Shown here: piece after piece, positions 41,994 to 51,977 of the stretch
Layout: every line of letters begins with the position of its first letter
Numbering within the stretch: position 1 is the first letter of the stretch
Source: Clostridia bacterium
GTDB lineage: Bacteria; Bacillota; Clostridia; JAAYHZ01
Assembly (NCBI GenBank): GCA_050950825.1
Contig: JBMNIH010000008.1
Span: forward strand, 113,288-177,287
Length of the DNA stretch: 64,000 nucleotides
Direction: 5' to 3'
The notes under the pieces: model-generated
What the model saw: the letters and a program-made list of their open reading frames with translations, nothing else
What the model was told of the DNA's origin: nothing
Database searches by the model: none
Made by a program: the position numbers and the translations under genes

Positions 41994-42061
41994 AATTACC
42001 GGTTCCGTTTTTCGAGACAAAAAAAGCAAGCCGCTCGAGCTTGCTTTCTTGTTTTTTATCG

Positions 42062-43078
42062 TTATCGATGTTTGGCGGAAAACTCTTTGTAATCCTCCAA
42101 CATGTCCTTCAACAATCGGGGCGTATCCAAATGATAAGGGCATCTTTCGCTGCACTCATAGCATTCGATACACTCTTCGATTTTATGCATCTTTTCATTC
42201 CATTCGTCGGTTAAGAATTGCCGGTAAGGTGCTCTTCGGAGCAAGAATTTCATTCTTGCCGCTTGCGGGATATCGATTCCTACGGCACAAGGCAAGCAAT
42301 ATCCGCAAGATCTGCAAAAGGAGCCGGCGAGCTCTTCCCGATCCTTTTCTACCCGTCTTTTCATTTCGTCGTCGTATGCGGGCGGATTTTTCGATAAGGA
42401 TAAAAATTGGTCCAGCTCTTCTTCCTTTTGAATTCCCCAAATCGGCACCACATGATCGTATTGCCACAGGAAAGCAAAAGCCGCTTCCACGTCGGCGATC
42501 AATCCTCCGCAAAGAGCCTTCATGGCGATAAAGCCCATGTTTTGTTCTTTGCACATTAAGGTAATTTCATAATCCCCTTGCGACGAAATGGAGCTAAAAG
42601 GATACTGCAGCGTATCGTAGTATCCTGTGGCGATGGCCTCTTTTGCAATATCCGCCGTGTGGTTGGTTATGGAAATAAAGCGGATCCGACCTTCTTTTTT
42701 CGCTTTTTTTGCTTCCTCCAGCATCTCCATGAATTTTTCGGAGCGTATATTTTTCGGGTTATGGAATTGGTATATATCGATATAGTCGGTTTTCAATTTT
42801 TCCAAGCTGGTTTCCAAATGCTCCCTCATGGTTTTGGCGTCGGCTGCATGGGTTTTTGTAGCGATGACAATATTTTTTCGTACGTCGGATAAAGCCTTTC
42901 CCACCTTTTCTTCGCTATCCGTATAGGCTCTTGCGGTATCAAAGAAGTTAATACCGTTTTCATAGGCTTTCCTTAATATTCTAACGGCTTCTTCTGTAGA
43001 AATTCGTTGTATCGGAAGAGCGCCGAAAGCAACTTTGGATACTCTTAATCCGGTTTTTCCCAAGACGGTATACTGCAC
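42062..43078 (-). CDS. Aldo/keto reductase with C-terminal 4Fe-4S dicluster
   Basis: FFDTARAY, DYIDIYQFH, CRSCGYCLPC, CIECYECSERCP. Confidence 0.9.
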   Translation of the reverse strand: MQYTVLGKTGLRVSKVAFGALPIQRISTEEAVRILRKAYENGINFFDTARAYTDSEEKVGKALSDVRKNIVIATKTHAADAKTMREHLETSLEKLKTDYIDIYQFHNPKNIRSEKFMEMLEEAKKAKKEGRIRFISITNHTADIAKEAIATGYYDTLQYPFSSISSQGDYEITLMCKEQNMGFIAMKALCGGLIADVEAAFAFLWQYDHVVPIWGIQKEEELDQFLSLSKNPPAYDDEMKRRVEKDREELAGSFCRSCGYCLPCAVGIDIPQAARMKFLLRRAPYRQFLTDEWNEKMHKIEECIECYECSERCPYHLDTPRLLKDMLEDYKEFSAKHR

Positions 43079-43111
43079 GGACTTTCACCTTCCTTTTTGC
43101 CTTTCATTGTA

Positions 43112-43753
43112 CTATTCACGAATCATGAAGTCAACGTGTTCTCCTTTACCGTATCTTGGTACTTTTTTATCGTCTTTAAAGACAAAATTCTCATTGCTAA
43201 AATCCTTTAAATTGCTGCAAGAGATTGCACGGTTAATCAAGTCTTCTACAAAGTAGGTATAAAATTTCCTCCAATAACGGAGGCTAACCAATAAAATCAA
43301 GCATATAAAGAGAAGGATTAAAAGCGCCGAGGACCAAAGCTTATTAAATTGAATCACCGATGCAATAAAGATGCCGAAATGAGCCGAAAAAACCAATCCC
43401 AATGCGATAATCAAGGCGGGGAACAAGGCGGATTTGAGAATGAAGGTCAAAACCGCACCGATCAAAAAGCTTTTCGATATCAGTTCCTGGTCCATGGCTT
43501 CTTTTATCAGTTTATATGCTCCTTTTTTCTTCTTTTGGCCTTTGAGACCATCCAATTTTTCATACAGGATCCATCGTTTTGATACAAGCTTCGGATCGGC
43601 CATTTCCTCCGTAACCGCTCTTCGACTCATCCCTTCATCCATTTTTTTATCTACATACAAAGTATAGTAATGGTTTAAGGTATTTTTCGTATCCGAGTGC
43701 AAATTCTGCGTCAACTCCTGCAATTCTTCCAAGTAAAAGTCCCGTATTTTCAT
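43112..43753 (-). CDS. Hypothetical membrane protein with HAAS/DUF1700-like N-terminus
   Basis: YLEEL..L....D....L.HY....GMS....EEM.DP pattern followed by TM helices. Confidence 0.55.
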   Translation of the reverse strand: MKIRDFYLEELQELTQNLHSDTKNTLNHYYTLYVDKKMDEGMSRRAVTEEMADPKLVSKRWILYEKLDGLKGQKKKKGAYKLIKEAMDQELISKSFLIGAVLTFILKSALFPALIIALGLVFSAHFGIFIASVIQFNKLWSSALLILLFICLILLVSLRYWRKFYTYFVEDLINRAISCSNLKDFSNENFVFKDDKKVPRYGKGEHVDFMIRE

Positions 43754-43901
43754 ATTTTCCTACCTCCATATTTGGGGATTAAGTATCCGTAGAAAAGCAA
43801 TATAACAAAGAAAATAAAAGCCAGCGGTTTAACAAACATCAAAAGGAAAGAGCCTACAAGTAATAAAATTTTTAAGATTCTCCAAATGATTCTTAACGCT
43901 T

Positions 43902-46900
43902 TCATATTACGCACTCCTTCTTTCGGGATCTTAAAAGCTCTTTCATTCCTTCATACGTCATTCCTTGTTCACGAGCAATATCGGCGGCAAAGCTTCGTCC
44001 GTCGGCCTTTCCTTCCTTAATCTTAAAGGTTCGTTCGTACGTTTTTTCTCCGCTCAATAGGGCTTCTTTCACCCCTGCCGTCAAGGAAACGATTTTATAC
44101 GGACTGTCCGATTTTTCGTTCAAGGAATCGGATTCTTTCGACAGCTCGTGAAGATGGGTGGAATAGACGGTTTTAACGCCTTTATCTCTCAGTCCTTTAA
44201 TGACATGGCAAGCAATAATAAATCCGTCGTAGGCCGATGCGGAGGATACCGATTCGTTCATAAGGAGCATATCCTTTGAGGATAACACCCCAAGCAAGGC
44301 GGTCAGCTCTTTTAGCTCCTCTCCTAAACGGCCTTCCCCGAAAACTTTGTTTTCCCTTTTTAAAAAATGCGTAGCCAAATTCCCTACGGGTGCCATTTCG
44401 GCGTATTCCGCCGGCACATACAACCCTCCTTGGAAGAAGACCTGCGCCGTACCGATGGCTTTTAAAAAAGTGGTCTTTCCTCCCCCGTTGGGTCCCGTGA
44501 GAATAAAAACTCGTTTTCCTTCGGAAAAATCGATGTCATTTAACACTAGGGTATCCCCTTTGTTTTCTTGAAAAAGATATAATGCGGTTGCAATATCCCA
44601 CAGCCCTTGGATTTTTGTATTGTCTTCCGTGATTTTCGGTCTGCACATGGGAGCTCCCAGCTTCATCAAATCCTTTGTGAATCGATAAGCCGCCGTATAG
44701 AATTGAATCTCCGATGCCAAACGAAGCAGATTTCCCCCGTGCTCCGCTATATAGGAATCCATTCCGTCGGACAGCTGCTGCAAGCTTTGGTCAATATATC
44801 GTTTGACATCGTTTAGGAACACCGCATCTTGGTTAAAAGCTTCCGGCTTCGGTTTAAAGGCTCGCATAAGAACCGGAACTTCCAAGACGGCTCTGTAAAA
44901 TCTATCGGCCAAAGGTCTTTTGCCGGCAGGAGGCTTCGGCGAAACCGTTTTAATAATATCGGCTTGAGATTCCTTCGGTAGTTTTAAAAATCCCACATTA
45001 TAAAGCTCCATTTCGTCGGGCTCCAGTTTGGCGTTAAACCGAACTTGAATTTTCAAGTTTCGCATCCCGACGATTTCCTTTTCCAATTTCGGGAGTAATT
45101 CTTTCAGGTTCGAGACTTCTTTTTGATCGTGCATTTCTCGAACGAATTCCTTAAGCCGTAACAAGCCTTCGCTTCGAATATCACTTCGATTAAGGATTTG
45201 AAGCAAGGATTCCAAGCAGCTTATATACCGATCCAAGGACCGTATCTTCCACCGGATTCTGCGTCTGTGGTCCGGCAGCCTGTTATACTTATCGCGAATG
45301 TGTTCCTCAAAAGCGGCCACCTCTTCGATCCATTTTATGAAATCCTCCGCCATTGCTTCATTCGCCATCAACTCATAAAAGATTTCCTGACGATACGAAA
45401 TATTCTCCCTGTCCGCAGGAATACGGTTTAAGTACTTTAAAAACCCGGCGTAGCTTCGGTCCGTATTCGATGCAAATTCGATCAGGGAATCCATACCGAT
45501 ATCCGATAATGTTTTTTCCGTTATTTCCGTTTCGATATGGAAATCTTGGTATAATAAACTGAAGGAATCGTTTCTCACAAGCTTATGCTCCGAAAAGTAA
45601 TCCCCATGTCCTGTCGGATTGTAAGAAAGACCGTAGCGTCTTACGATTTCGTCGGCATAGCTTTCCCCGTCGGGCAATCCTTTTTCGATTTTGTATGTAG
45701 CCTTATGGTTTTTAACGCCGTTTATCTGTTCCGTTTCTACACCGGCAGTCCATGAATCTACTTTGCTTTTCACCGAGGCGCAAAGATTTCGCTCCTCCCA
45801 TCCGAAAGCCAAAGGATGAAGATGGGTTGCAAAAACGCTTTTTACGCCCAACTCCGAGAGGATTTTTATGAAATCCGTACATATAGCCAAACTGTCGTCT
45901 TTTCCCGTGCTTGACAAAGACTCGTTGAGAAGAACCAAATCCCCTTCTTCCGCTTGCATTAATATATTTTTCAGCTTGTTCAGTTCTTTTCCAAGATGTC
46001 CTTGCCCGTACACTTTTTCTTCCTCTTTGGGAAAATGGGTAAAAATTTTACGGACCGGGCTCATCCGGGCAAAGCTTCCCGGAACGGGCAAGCCGTTTTG
46101 AAATAACAGCCATAGACAACCGATACCTCGTACATAAGTTGTCTTTCCCCCCTTGTTAATGCCGGTCAGAATATGTATACGTCCCGTATCGTCAAAAACC
46201 GCTTGGTTTTTAACGGCGGTTTTCGAATCTACCCCGGATTTTGTCATTCTCATGACAAGGCCGAGGTCCGTCATTTCATGAACAATCCCTATATTCTCTT
46301 CCATAGAGCACACTTTCGGCATACATATTGGAATATCTTTTTCTTTCCAATACTCGATGAATTTTAAAGCTGCCAAGTAAAAATCAAAACCGTAATCCAA
46401 GTCACAAAGCACAAGGAAGTCTTTTTCGGAATAAGCATTAAGAATAGGGTCCAAATCCTTGAAAACGGCTTCCATCTCCGACCGAAAAGTTTGGTTGTAA
46501 AGAGTCCTGATTCCGGGAACGGAATGGCTCAATACGGAAAAAGCATACCTTTTTCCTTCCTCCGGTCCGAATAGCGCCCTCGCCAAAGTTAAAGGGTCTT
46601 CTTCCTCGTTGTGAGATTTGACAACCGTCGTAAAAAGCGGTCGGTATTCTGCATTAAAAAGAACGTTTAAAGAAAAAGTACCGGTATCCTTCACTTTTTT
46701 CCTTATGGTCGGCAAGAATTCTACGGCCTCAATGTACTCGGGTTGTTTTTGAATATTTCGAACGTATTCTTTTAAACTTCTCAAGCCTTGCGATCGGATC
46801 TGCAACTCGTGTCTTTCCAAAATATCGGACAAACGGGTAAGACACTCCGAATACAAATTGAAAAGCTCCGTTTTCCATAATCCGTCTCGTATCTCATCTT

Positions 46901-47222
46901 GCTGCATCGATCTGTATTCCTCGTATTCCCGAATACAGCGATGAATTTCGGGAAGGAATCGGTTGATTTCTTCCCTTAAGGAAGGTATGCTTTGAAAGTC
47001 CAAAAGAACCTCTTGCCGGTAAGAGATGGCGTGTTCTAAAGTCAAAATTTTATTGAGTTGTTGTTTGTGTTTTGAATAATACCGTTCCGTATTCTTAAAG
47101 GGAATTTTCACATCGTCAAATCCTAAGTCCTCTGCCGTTTCTTGTTCAACAACGGTTTCGGTTTCCTTACTTTTAGCGTCGGGATAAAGAAGACTGAAAA
47201 ATGAATCCATGGTAAAAACCAA
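43902..47222 (-). CDS. MutS-related protein with two fused MutS ATPase (domain V) modules
   Basis: Two halves, each with FSLLY start, YRQE, Walker A (GINKGGKT / GPNGGGKT), THF, G.LG.EL, NES.SS, TH.H.L. Confidence 0.88.
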   Translation of the reverse strand: MVFTMDSFFSLLYPDAKSKETETVVEQETAEDLGFDDVKIPFKNTERYYSKHKQQLNKILTLEHAISYRQEVLLDFQSIPSLREEINRFLPEIHRCIREYEEYRSMQQDEIRDGLWKTELFNLYSECLTRLSDILERHELQIRSQGLRSLKEYVRNIQKQPEYIEAVEFLPTIRKKVKDTGTFSLNVLFNAEYRPLFTTVVKSHNEEEDPLTLARALFGPEEGKRYAFSVLSHSVPGIRTLYNQTFRSEMEAVFKDLDPILNAYSEKDFLVLCDLDYGFDFYLAALKFIEYWKEKDIPICMPKVCSMEENIGIVHEMTDLGLVMRMTKSGVDSKTAVKNQAVFDDTGRIHILTGINKGGKTTYVRGIGCLWLLFQNGLPVPGSFARMSPVRKIFTHFPKEEEKVYGQGHLGKELNKLKNILMQAEEGDLVLLNESLSSTGKDDSLAICTDFIKILSELGVKSVFATHLHPLAFGWEERNLCASVKSKVDSWTAGVETEQINGVKNHKATYKIEKGLPDGESYADEIVRRYGLSYNPTGHGDYFSEHKLVRNDSFSLLYQDFHIETEITEKTLSDIGMDSLIEFASNTDRSYAGFLKYLNRIPADRENISYRQEIFYELMANEAMAEDFIKWIEEVAAFEEHIRDKYNRLPDHRRRIRWKIRSLDRYISCLESLLQILNRSDIRSEGLLRLKEFVREMHDQKEVSNLKELLPKLEKEIVGMRNLKIQVRFNAKLEPDEMELYNVGFLKLPKESQADIIKTVSPKPPAGKRPLADRFYRAVLEVPVLMRAFKPKPEAFNQDAVFLNDVKRYIDQSLQQLSDGMDSYIAEHGGNLLRLASEIQFYTAAYRFTKDLMKLGAPMCRPKITEDNTKIQGLWDIATALYLFQENKGDTLVLNDIDFSEGKRVFILTGPNGGGKTTFLKAIGTAQVFFQGGLYVPAEYAEMAPVGNLATHFLKRENKVFGEGRLGEELKELTALLGVLSSKDMLLMNESVSSASAYDGFIIACHVIKGLRDKGVKTVYSTHLHELSKESDSLNEKSDSPYKIVSLTAGVKEALLSGEKTYERTFKIKEGKADGRSFAADIAREQGMTYEGMKELLRSRKKECVI

Positions 47223-47253
47223 CCTTAAACTTTGACTTCAATCTATCAATATT

Positions 47254-47845
47254 TTACCATACACAGGAATGTATATCAAGAAACGAATTTTTTATATGGA
47301 AATATTGTGATTCCTTGGTACAGGCCAAATCTAAAAAACAATAATTGGAATTATATATGGCATAATCTAATAATGTATACATACTAGTCATTATTTCATT
47401 TAAATTACTCTCCGGTTCGTTACCGTGATGCATGCCGTTCATAAATTCGTATAAAGCATCAATATCATTGATCGCATTGATATCGACACCGGTTTCTTCA
47501 AGGAATTCATTTTTAACCATTAGGGCTAACACAGATACATCCGGTATTCCCGCATAAATTGCATAGACCTTGCCGTCGATGATGAAATTGTCTTTGATTT
47601 GCGGATACCTTTCGAATTTCAAAAGTCGGGACAGAAGGAAAAATCAAATCTCCCGACAATCCCGAATTAATGTGTAGGGCATAAGCACTTTCTTCTTTAT
47701 CATTTATTTTCGTAAATTTAACGGAAAAACCGAGCTTCTCATTACATAAAGTTGATAAATTAATGAAATTTACAATCATCACATTATTCTTACTGCAATA
47801 ACTACCCTAAAATCCATCAATCGCATATAGAATTTCTAACGGTGA
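47254..47845 (-). pseudogene. Degenerate gene fragment (solute-binding-protein-like) truncated by IS256
   Basis: Two overlapping frameshifted ORFs (…LCNEKLGFSVKF…, …IDGKVYAI…) abutting the IS end. Confidence 0.4.
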
Positions 47846-47937
47846 AGTCAAGTCCAAAATAGTGTGTAAATTACCTCGGTTTGTCCAGCCGGTATGCTAA
47901 AGGACATTGATGTTATCAACCGGACCAGACGAAAGCT

Positions 47938-48097
47938 TTTATGCCGCGAAAGCTGTTGATAATGAGTACATGGCATGTTAGGCTGATTGCCAGGCATCAC
48001 CACTCCAGCGTAAGACATATCGATAAAACAATGGGGATGGCTCTGATGCATATAAACAGGCCATGAGAGGCTCGTTGTCAACAGACCGTGGAATAAA
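47938..48097 (+). other. Covarying hairpin with RS_B-like box TTTATGCCGCGAAA (ssoA-like)
   Basis: Homologous to 62378-62542 with compensatory changes; lies 3' of the transposase, on the opposite strand. Confidence 0.7.
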
Positions 48098-48119
48098 CGC
48101 AATGATAGTAGTAGGTACC

Positions 48120-49334
48120 CTAGGCAGCAGGGTTTCTATCCTTGGTTTTCTTGTTTTCCATACTTTGATAATATAAATCCATATCAAAGTATTTACGGCC
48201 TGCTTGCCACTTTTCATCTTGTTCCATAAGCAGGGCACCTATCAAGCGGATTACGGATGCCTCATTAGGGAAGATGCGTATTACCCGCTCTCGCCGCCTC
48301 ACTTCCTGATTGAGCCGTTCCACGCCGTTTGTAGTACGTAGTCGCTTTCGATATTTCAGGGGCACTGCCAGAATCGCCGTGACATCATCGAAGGATTCGT
48401 CTAATAGAGTAGCAGCTTTTGGAGCTATCGTCCCGTATTTACCAAGGAGCTGATCTCTGACCTTTCGAGCGCTATCTAAGTCAACAGCTTCATACAGCTC
48501 ACGAAGATCTTCTTTGATAACAGGCTGTAGTGCTTTAGGAGTGTGATCCAGCATGTTCCTTGAAAAATGGGTTTGACATCGTTGCCAGGTTGCTCCTTGA
48601 AAATGTCTCTTGACTGCATTGACAAGCCCCTTGTGATTGTCGGATGTAATTAAGCGAACGTCTTTTAATCCCCTTTCCTTTAGGGATGCGAAGAATTCCC
48701 CCCAACTGCTTTCAGTTTCTGTGTTAGCCACCTGAAAGCCAATAATTTCGCGATAACCTTCTTCGTTGACACCTACGGCGATGAGTAATCCTCTTGACTC
48801 AACCCGATGATCTTCACGCACCTTAAGGTAAAGAGCATCTACAATTAGAAAGGGATAATGACTTTCAAGCGGTCTTGTCCTAAAAGCGTGAACCATGGGA
48901 TCCAGCTGCTTACAAAGAGCTGAAACTGTGGATTTAGAAAACGATTTACCACAGAGCTCTTGTGTGATGGCTTCAACTTTACGAGTTGAAACCCCATTAA
49001 TCACCATCTCCATCATGGCCAGTATCAAGGCCTGTTCACTGCGTTGATATCGGGCAAACAGCTCTGTAGAAAACTTACCATTGCGATGCCTGGGGACCCG
49101 CAGAGTAAGTGTGCCAACTCGAGTAGTCATCTGTCTGTCTCGAAAACCATTGCGGTAGGCAGTTCTTTCTTCAGTTCTCTCATAGGGTTCAGCTCCTACC
49201 TGTTCTGAAGATTGGGCTAATAGTACCTGGTTGAAGATTTCCTCTAATAGCTTGGAAAATGCTTCATCCCTGCCGTTTGATAAAAATAGTCCGTGCAAAA
49301 GTTTTTCGGTTATTGTAATATTAAACTGAGCCAT
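48120..49334 (-). CDS. IS256 transposase
   Basis: RNGFR, GVSTRKV, SDNHKGL, WQRCQTHF, TTNGVERLN. Confidence 0.95.
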   Translation of the reverse strand: MAQFNITITEKLLHGLFLSNGRDEAFSKLLEEIFNQVLLAQSSEQVGAEPYERTEERTAYRNGFRDRQMTTRVGTLTLRVPRHRNGKFSTELFARYQRSEQALILAMMEMVINGVSTRKVEAITQELCGKSFSKSTVSALCKQLDPMVHAFRTRPLESHYPFLIVDALYLKVREDHRVESRGLLIAVGVNEEGYREIIGFQVANTETESSWGEFFASLKERGLKDVRLITSDNHKGLVNAVKRHFQGATWQRCQTHFSRNMLDHTPKALQPVIKEDLRELYEAVDLDSARKVRDQLLGKYGTIAPKAATLLDESFDDVTAILAVPLKYRKRLRTTNGVERLNQEVRRRERVIRIFPNEASVIRLIGALLMEQDEKWQAGRKYFDMDLYYQSMENKKTKDRNPAA

Positions 49335-49645
49335 GGTTCATCCTCCTCGGTTTGGTATTTGATGACACTTATATTCTAACCGAGGTATGAGCTTTGGCTC
49401 AACTTCTTTTTACACCATTATATAGACTTAATCTTCTGTTCTTTCGTTTAACAACTTTTTAAACATCTTTTTAATCAGAAAAAGGCTTAAGGCACAAGGG
49501 AAAAGTTGATTTCGTTGCTATACTAATTATCAAAAGTCTAGTTATACTGAAAACAAGTTTATAAAATAAAATGTGCAGGATTCTCTCCTACACCTTAACC
49601 CTTATTCCATATCCCTTATAAACCTAATTCCCTTTTTATCCCCTG

Positions 49646-50536
49646 CTATTCATCTTTTAAGTACCTTGTAATAAGTCCATCCAGTCTCTGGCTTAGTTTC
49701 AACGCCTCTTCATTGTTTATTCCTTTGCCCTCGAGGGTAACTTTTTTATTCAACTCATCTCTTAATTTCTCTATTTCCCGAAGCAAATGCTTCAATTTCT
49801 CACTATCCTGTTTGTCTTTAGATTTTTTTATTCTTTTCTCTTTGTACAAATCTCTATCTGCCATTTTAATTATGTCCTCCATGTTTCTTAAAGAATCATA
49901 ATAGGCCGCTCCTGCACTGATTTGAATATTTATCCCTTGTCCTGCTACTAATTCGCTAATCTCTCTTCTGATTCTTTCTATTACTCTATAAGCAGCCTTT
50001 TTATCCTGGTTAAAAAGTAAGATTATGAATTCATCGCCTCCGTACCTTAGTCCCGCATCCTCTTCTCTTATGCACTTTTTTATCGCTTGTCCTACTGTTT
50101 CAATGGCCTTATCTCCTGCTGTATGTCCATATGTATCGTTCATTTCTTTTAAATTATCCACGTCAATAAGTATTAAGGAAAAGTTTTGGGTTCTAGGGTG
50201 AAGGGTTACATCACTGATAATCTGCTCCCAATAATTACGGTTATATAACCCAGTGACTGCATCAGTCAATGCTTTTCTGCAGTTTTCACACTTAGGGTAT
50301 TCTAATACAGCAGTAATCACATAATACATATTGTCAGTAATATTAACTTCATCAATAGTGACATGATAGTTCTCCAAATCATATTGGACAGGTAAATCAT
50401 CAAGCAATCTATTTACAATATCCAGTTTTTTAATATAATCTATAGCATTTTTATTGTCTATACTGGCATATTGAATATCACATCTTTTATTTAATACGAT
50501 GCGAATTATCTCTCTATTTTTGTCTTCCTTACGCAC
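49646..50536 (-). CDS. Diguanylate cyclase (GGDEF) with C-terminal Spo0E-like domain
   Basis: DAVTGLYNR, D.D..K..ND.YGH..GD, RxxD I-site plus RYGGDEF; C-terminal IEKLRDEL...LSQRLDGLI..Y. Confidence 0.85.
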   Translation of the reverse strand: MRKEDKNREIIRIVLNKRCDIQYASIDNKNAIDYIKKLDIVNRLLDDLPVQYDLENYHVTIDEVNITDNMYYVITAVLEYPKCENCRKALTDAVTGLYNRNYWEQIISDVTLHPRTQNFSLILIDVDNLKEMNDTYGHTAGDKAIETVGQAIKKCIREEDAGLRYGGDEFIILLFNQDKKAAYRVIERIRREISELVAGQGINIQISAGAAYYDSLRNMEDIIKMADRDLYKEKRIKKSKDKQDSEKLKHLLREIEKLRDELNKKVTLEGKGINNEEALKLSQRLDGLITRYLKDE

Positions 50537-50642
50537 AATAATTAGCCCCCAAATTTATGGTTTGTTCTTTATTAGAACATATTATTGCATAACTTCGGAT
50601 AAAATACAACTGTTCCAATAAAGAACATGAGGTGATGTAATT

Positions 50643-50888
50643 ATGAAATTAATACTGGATTCCGAGCAACGCAATATTGCAGGTTCCAGAGTAAAAATTG
50701 CAAGGTTAAGAAATAATCTAACCCAACAACAGTTATCCGCTAAACTGGAAACCTTGGCCGTGTATATAGACAGAGCCAGTATTTCTAAAATCGAGCAACA
50801 AAAACGCATTGTGACTGACTATGAGTTACTTGCCCTGTGCGAAGTCCTCAAAGTCAGCCCTGGTTGGCTATTAGGGTTAGAAAAATAA
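50643..50888 (+). CDS. XRE-family HTH regulator
   Basis: GSRVKIAR...LTQQQLS...ISKIE. Confidence 0.88.
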   Translation: MKLILDSEQRNIAGSRVKIARLRNNLTQQQLSAKLETLAVYIDRASISKIEQQKRIVTDYELLALCEVLKVSPGWLLGLEK

Positions 50889-51142
50889 TTTTTGTTCTAA
50901 TAAAGAACATTATAATATATACCCTTATTTTTGTAAATCTAACAGTCTCTTTTTCCTTTTCTTGCACCTTTACCTTATATCAGTCCTCATTTACCCACCT
51001 TGTTTGCCTTCATTTACCTATATTTATCAAAGCATAAAAAAACACACCTCTCCTCTGCGTTATGCAGTATAAGAGAAGTGTGTCCCTCTCGACCATATGT
51101 TCTCATATTACCATATTCTAGTTGGTAATACAAGGATTAATA

Positions 51143-51430
51143 TTATTTTTTCTTTGCAATTAATGTCCATCGAATGGCAGTCTTACTAATTGGCTGTATA
51201 TCATTTCCTGCTGTGTTTACTTTAACGTAATATGGCCTCAAATTAAACCTATACCCTTTACTCACCAGATATTCAACCGCTTGTATAAGGGCTTTCACTG
51301 TCATATATGTTGCCTTTATTCCTATTGCATCAATATGGACAATGCCATCCTCAACTACGTATTTATTAATTGTATCAGCAATAGCGTTTATATTACCATT
51401 TCCTGAAACCTTTAATACCTGTATACCCAA
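51143..51430 (-). CDS. SpoVS-like protein
   Basis: VLKVS, A..I, AIG..A....KA motifs of SpoVS. Confidence 0.75.
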   Translation of the reverse strand: MGIQVLKVSGNGNINAIADTINKYVVEDGIVHIDAIGIKATYMTVKALIQAVEYLVSKGYRFNLRPYYVKVNTAGNDIQPISKTAIRWTLIAKKK

Positions 51431-51511
51431 TATAAAATTCCTCCTTAATGCTGGTTTTGAGCATTATAGGAAGGGATTGCTCATAATTTCAAGTTTCTTG
51501 GTTTCTTACAT

Positions 51512-51628
51512 TTATGTAATGAAGTATTAATTAAAATACTTAAAACCTATACTTCATTACGAAAGAGAGGAATTTGGTTAATCTCTCCTTTTCGTAATGA
51601 AGTACTTGTTTAATACTTCATTACATAA
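51512..51628. repeat. Nested inverted repeats (four TACTTCATTAC boxes)
   Basis: Perfect 19-bp IR 51512-51530/51610-51628 enclosing a perfect 15-bp IR 51550-51564/51590-51604. Confidence 0.85.
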
Positions 51629-51795
51629 GTTATTATAAAGCCCAAAAACTTTTTGTCAAATTTTCACGGCTATTTTTTTTATTAAATTTTTGTTACAATT
51701 CTTGATCAAGTCCAAAATAGTGTGTAAATTACCTCGGTTTGTCCAGCCGGTATGCTAAAGGACATTGATGTTATCAACCGGACCAGACGAAAGCT

Positions 51796-51955
51796 TTTAT
51801 GCCGCGAAAGCTGTTGATAATGAGTACATGGCATGTTAGGCTGATTGCCAGGCATCACCACTCCAGCGTAAGACATATCGATAAAACAATGGGGATGGCT
51901 CTGATGCATATAAACAGGCCATGAGAGGCTCGTTGTCAACAGACCGTGGAATAAA
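51796..51955 (+). other. Second copy of the IS256 ssoA-like hairpin
   Basis: Same sequence as 47938-48097. Confidence 0.7.
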
Positions 51956-51977
51956 TGCAATGATAGTAGTAGGTACC

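Larger units (their letters stand above)
47846..49433 (-). mobile_element. IS256-family element, copy A
   Basis: Near-identical to 51704-53291 (offset 3858); IRs GATTAAGTCT...GTGTAAA; no TSD seen. Confidence 0.92.

Noticed and set aside
47848-48238. Small ORFs in the IS256 3' region (also 51706-52096 and 62262-62555)
   Set aside because: No reading frame is shared between the homologous IS256 and IS3 regions; the conservation follows base pairing, not codons.
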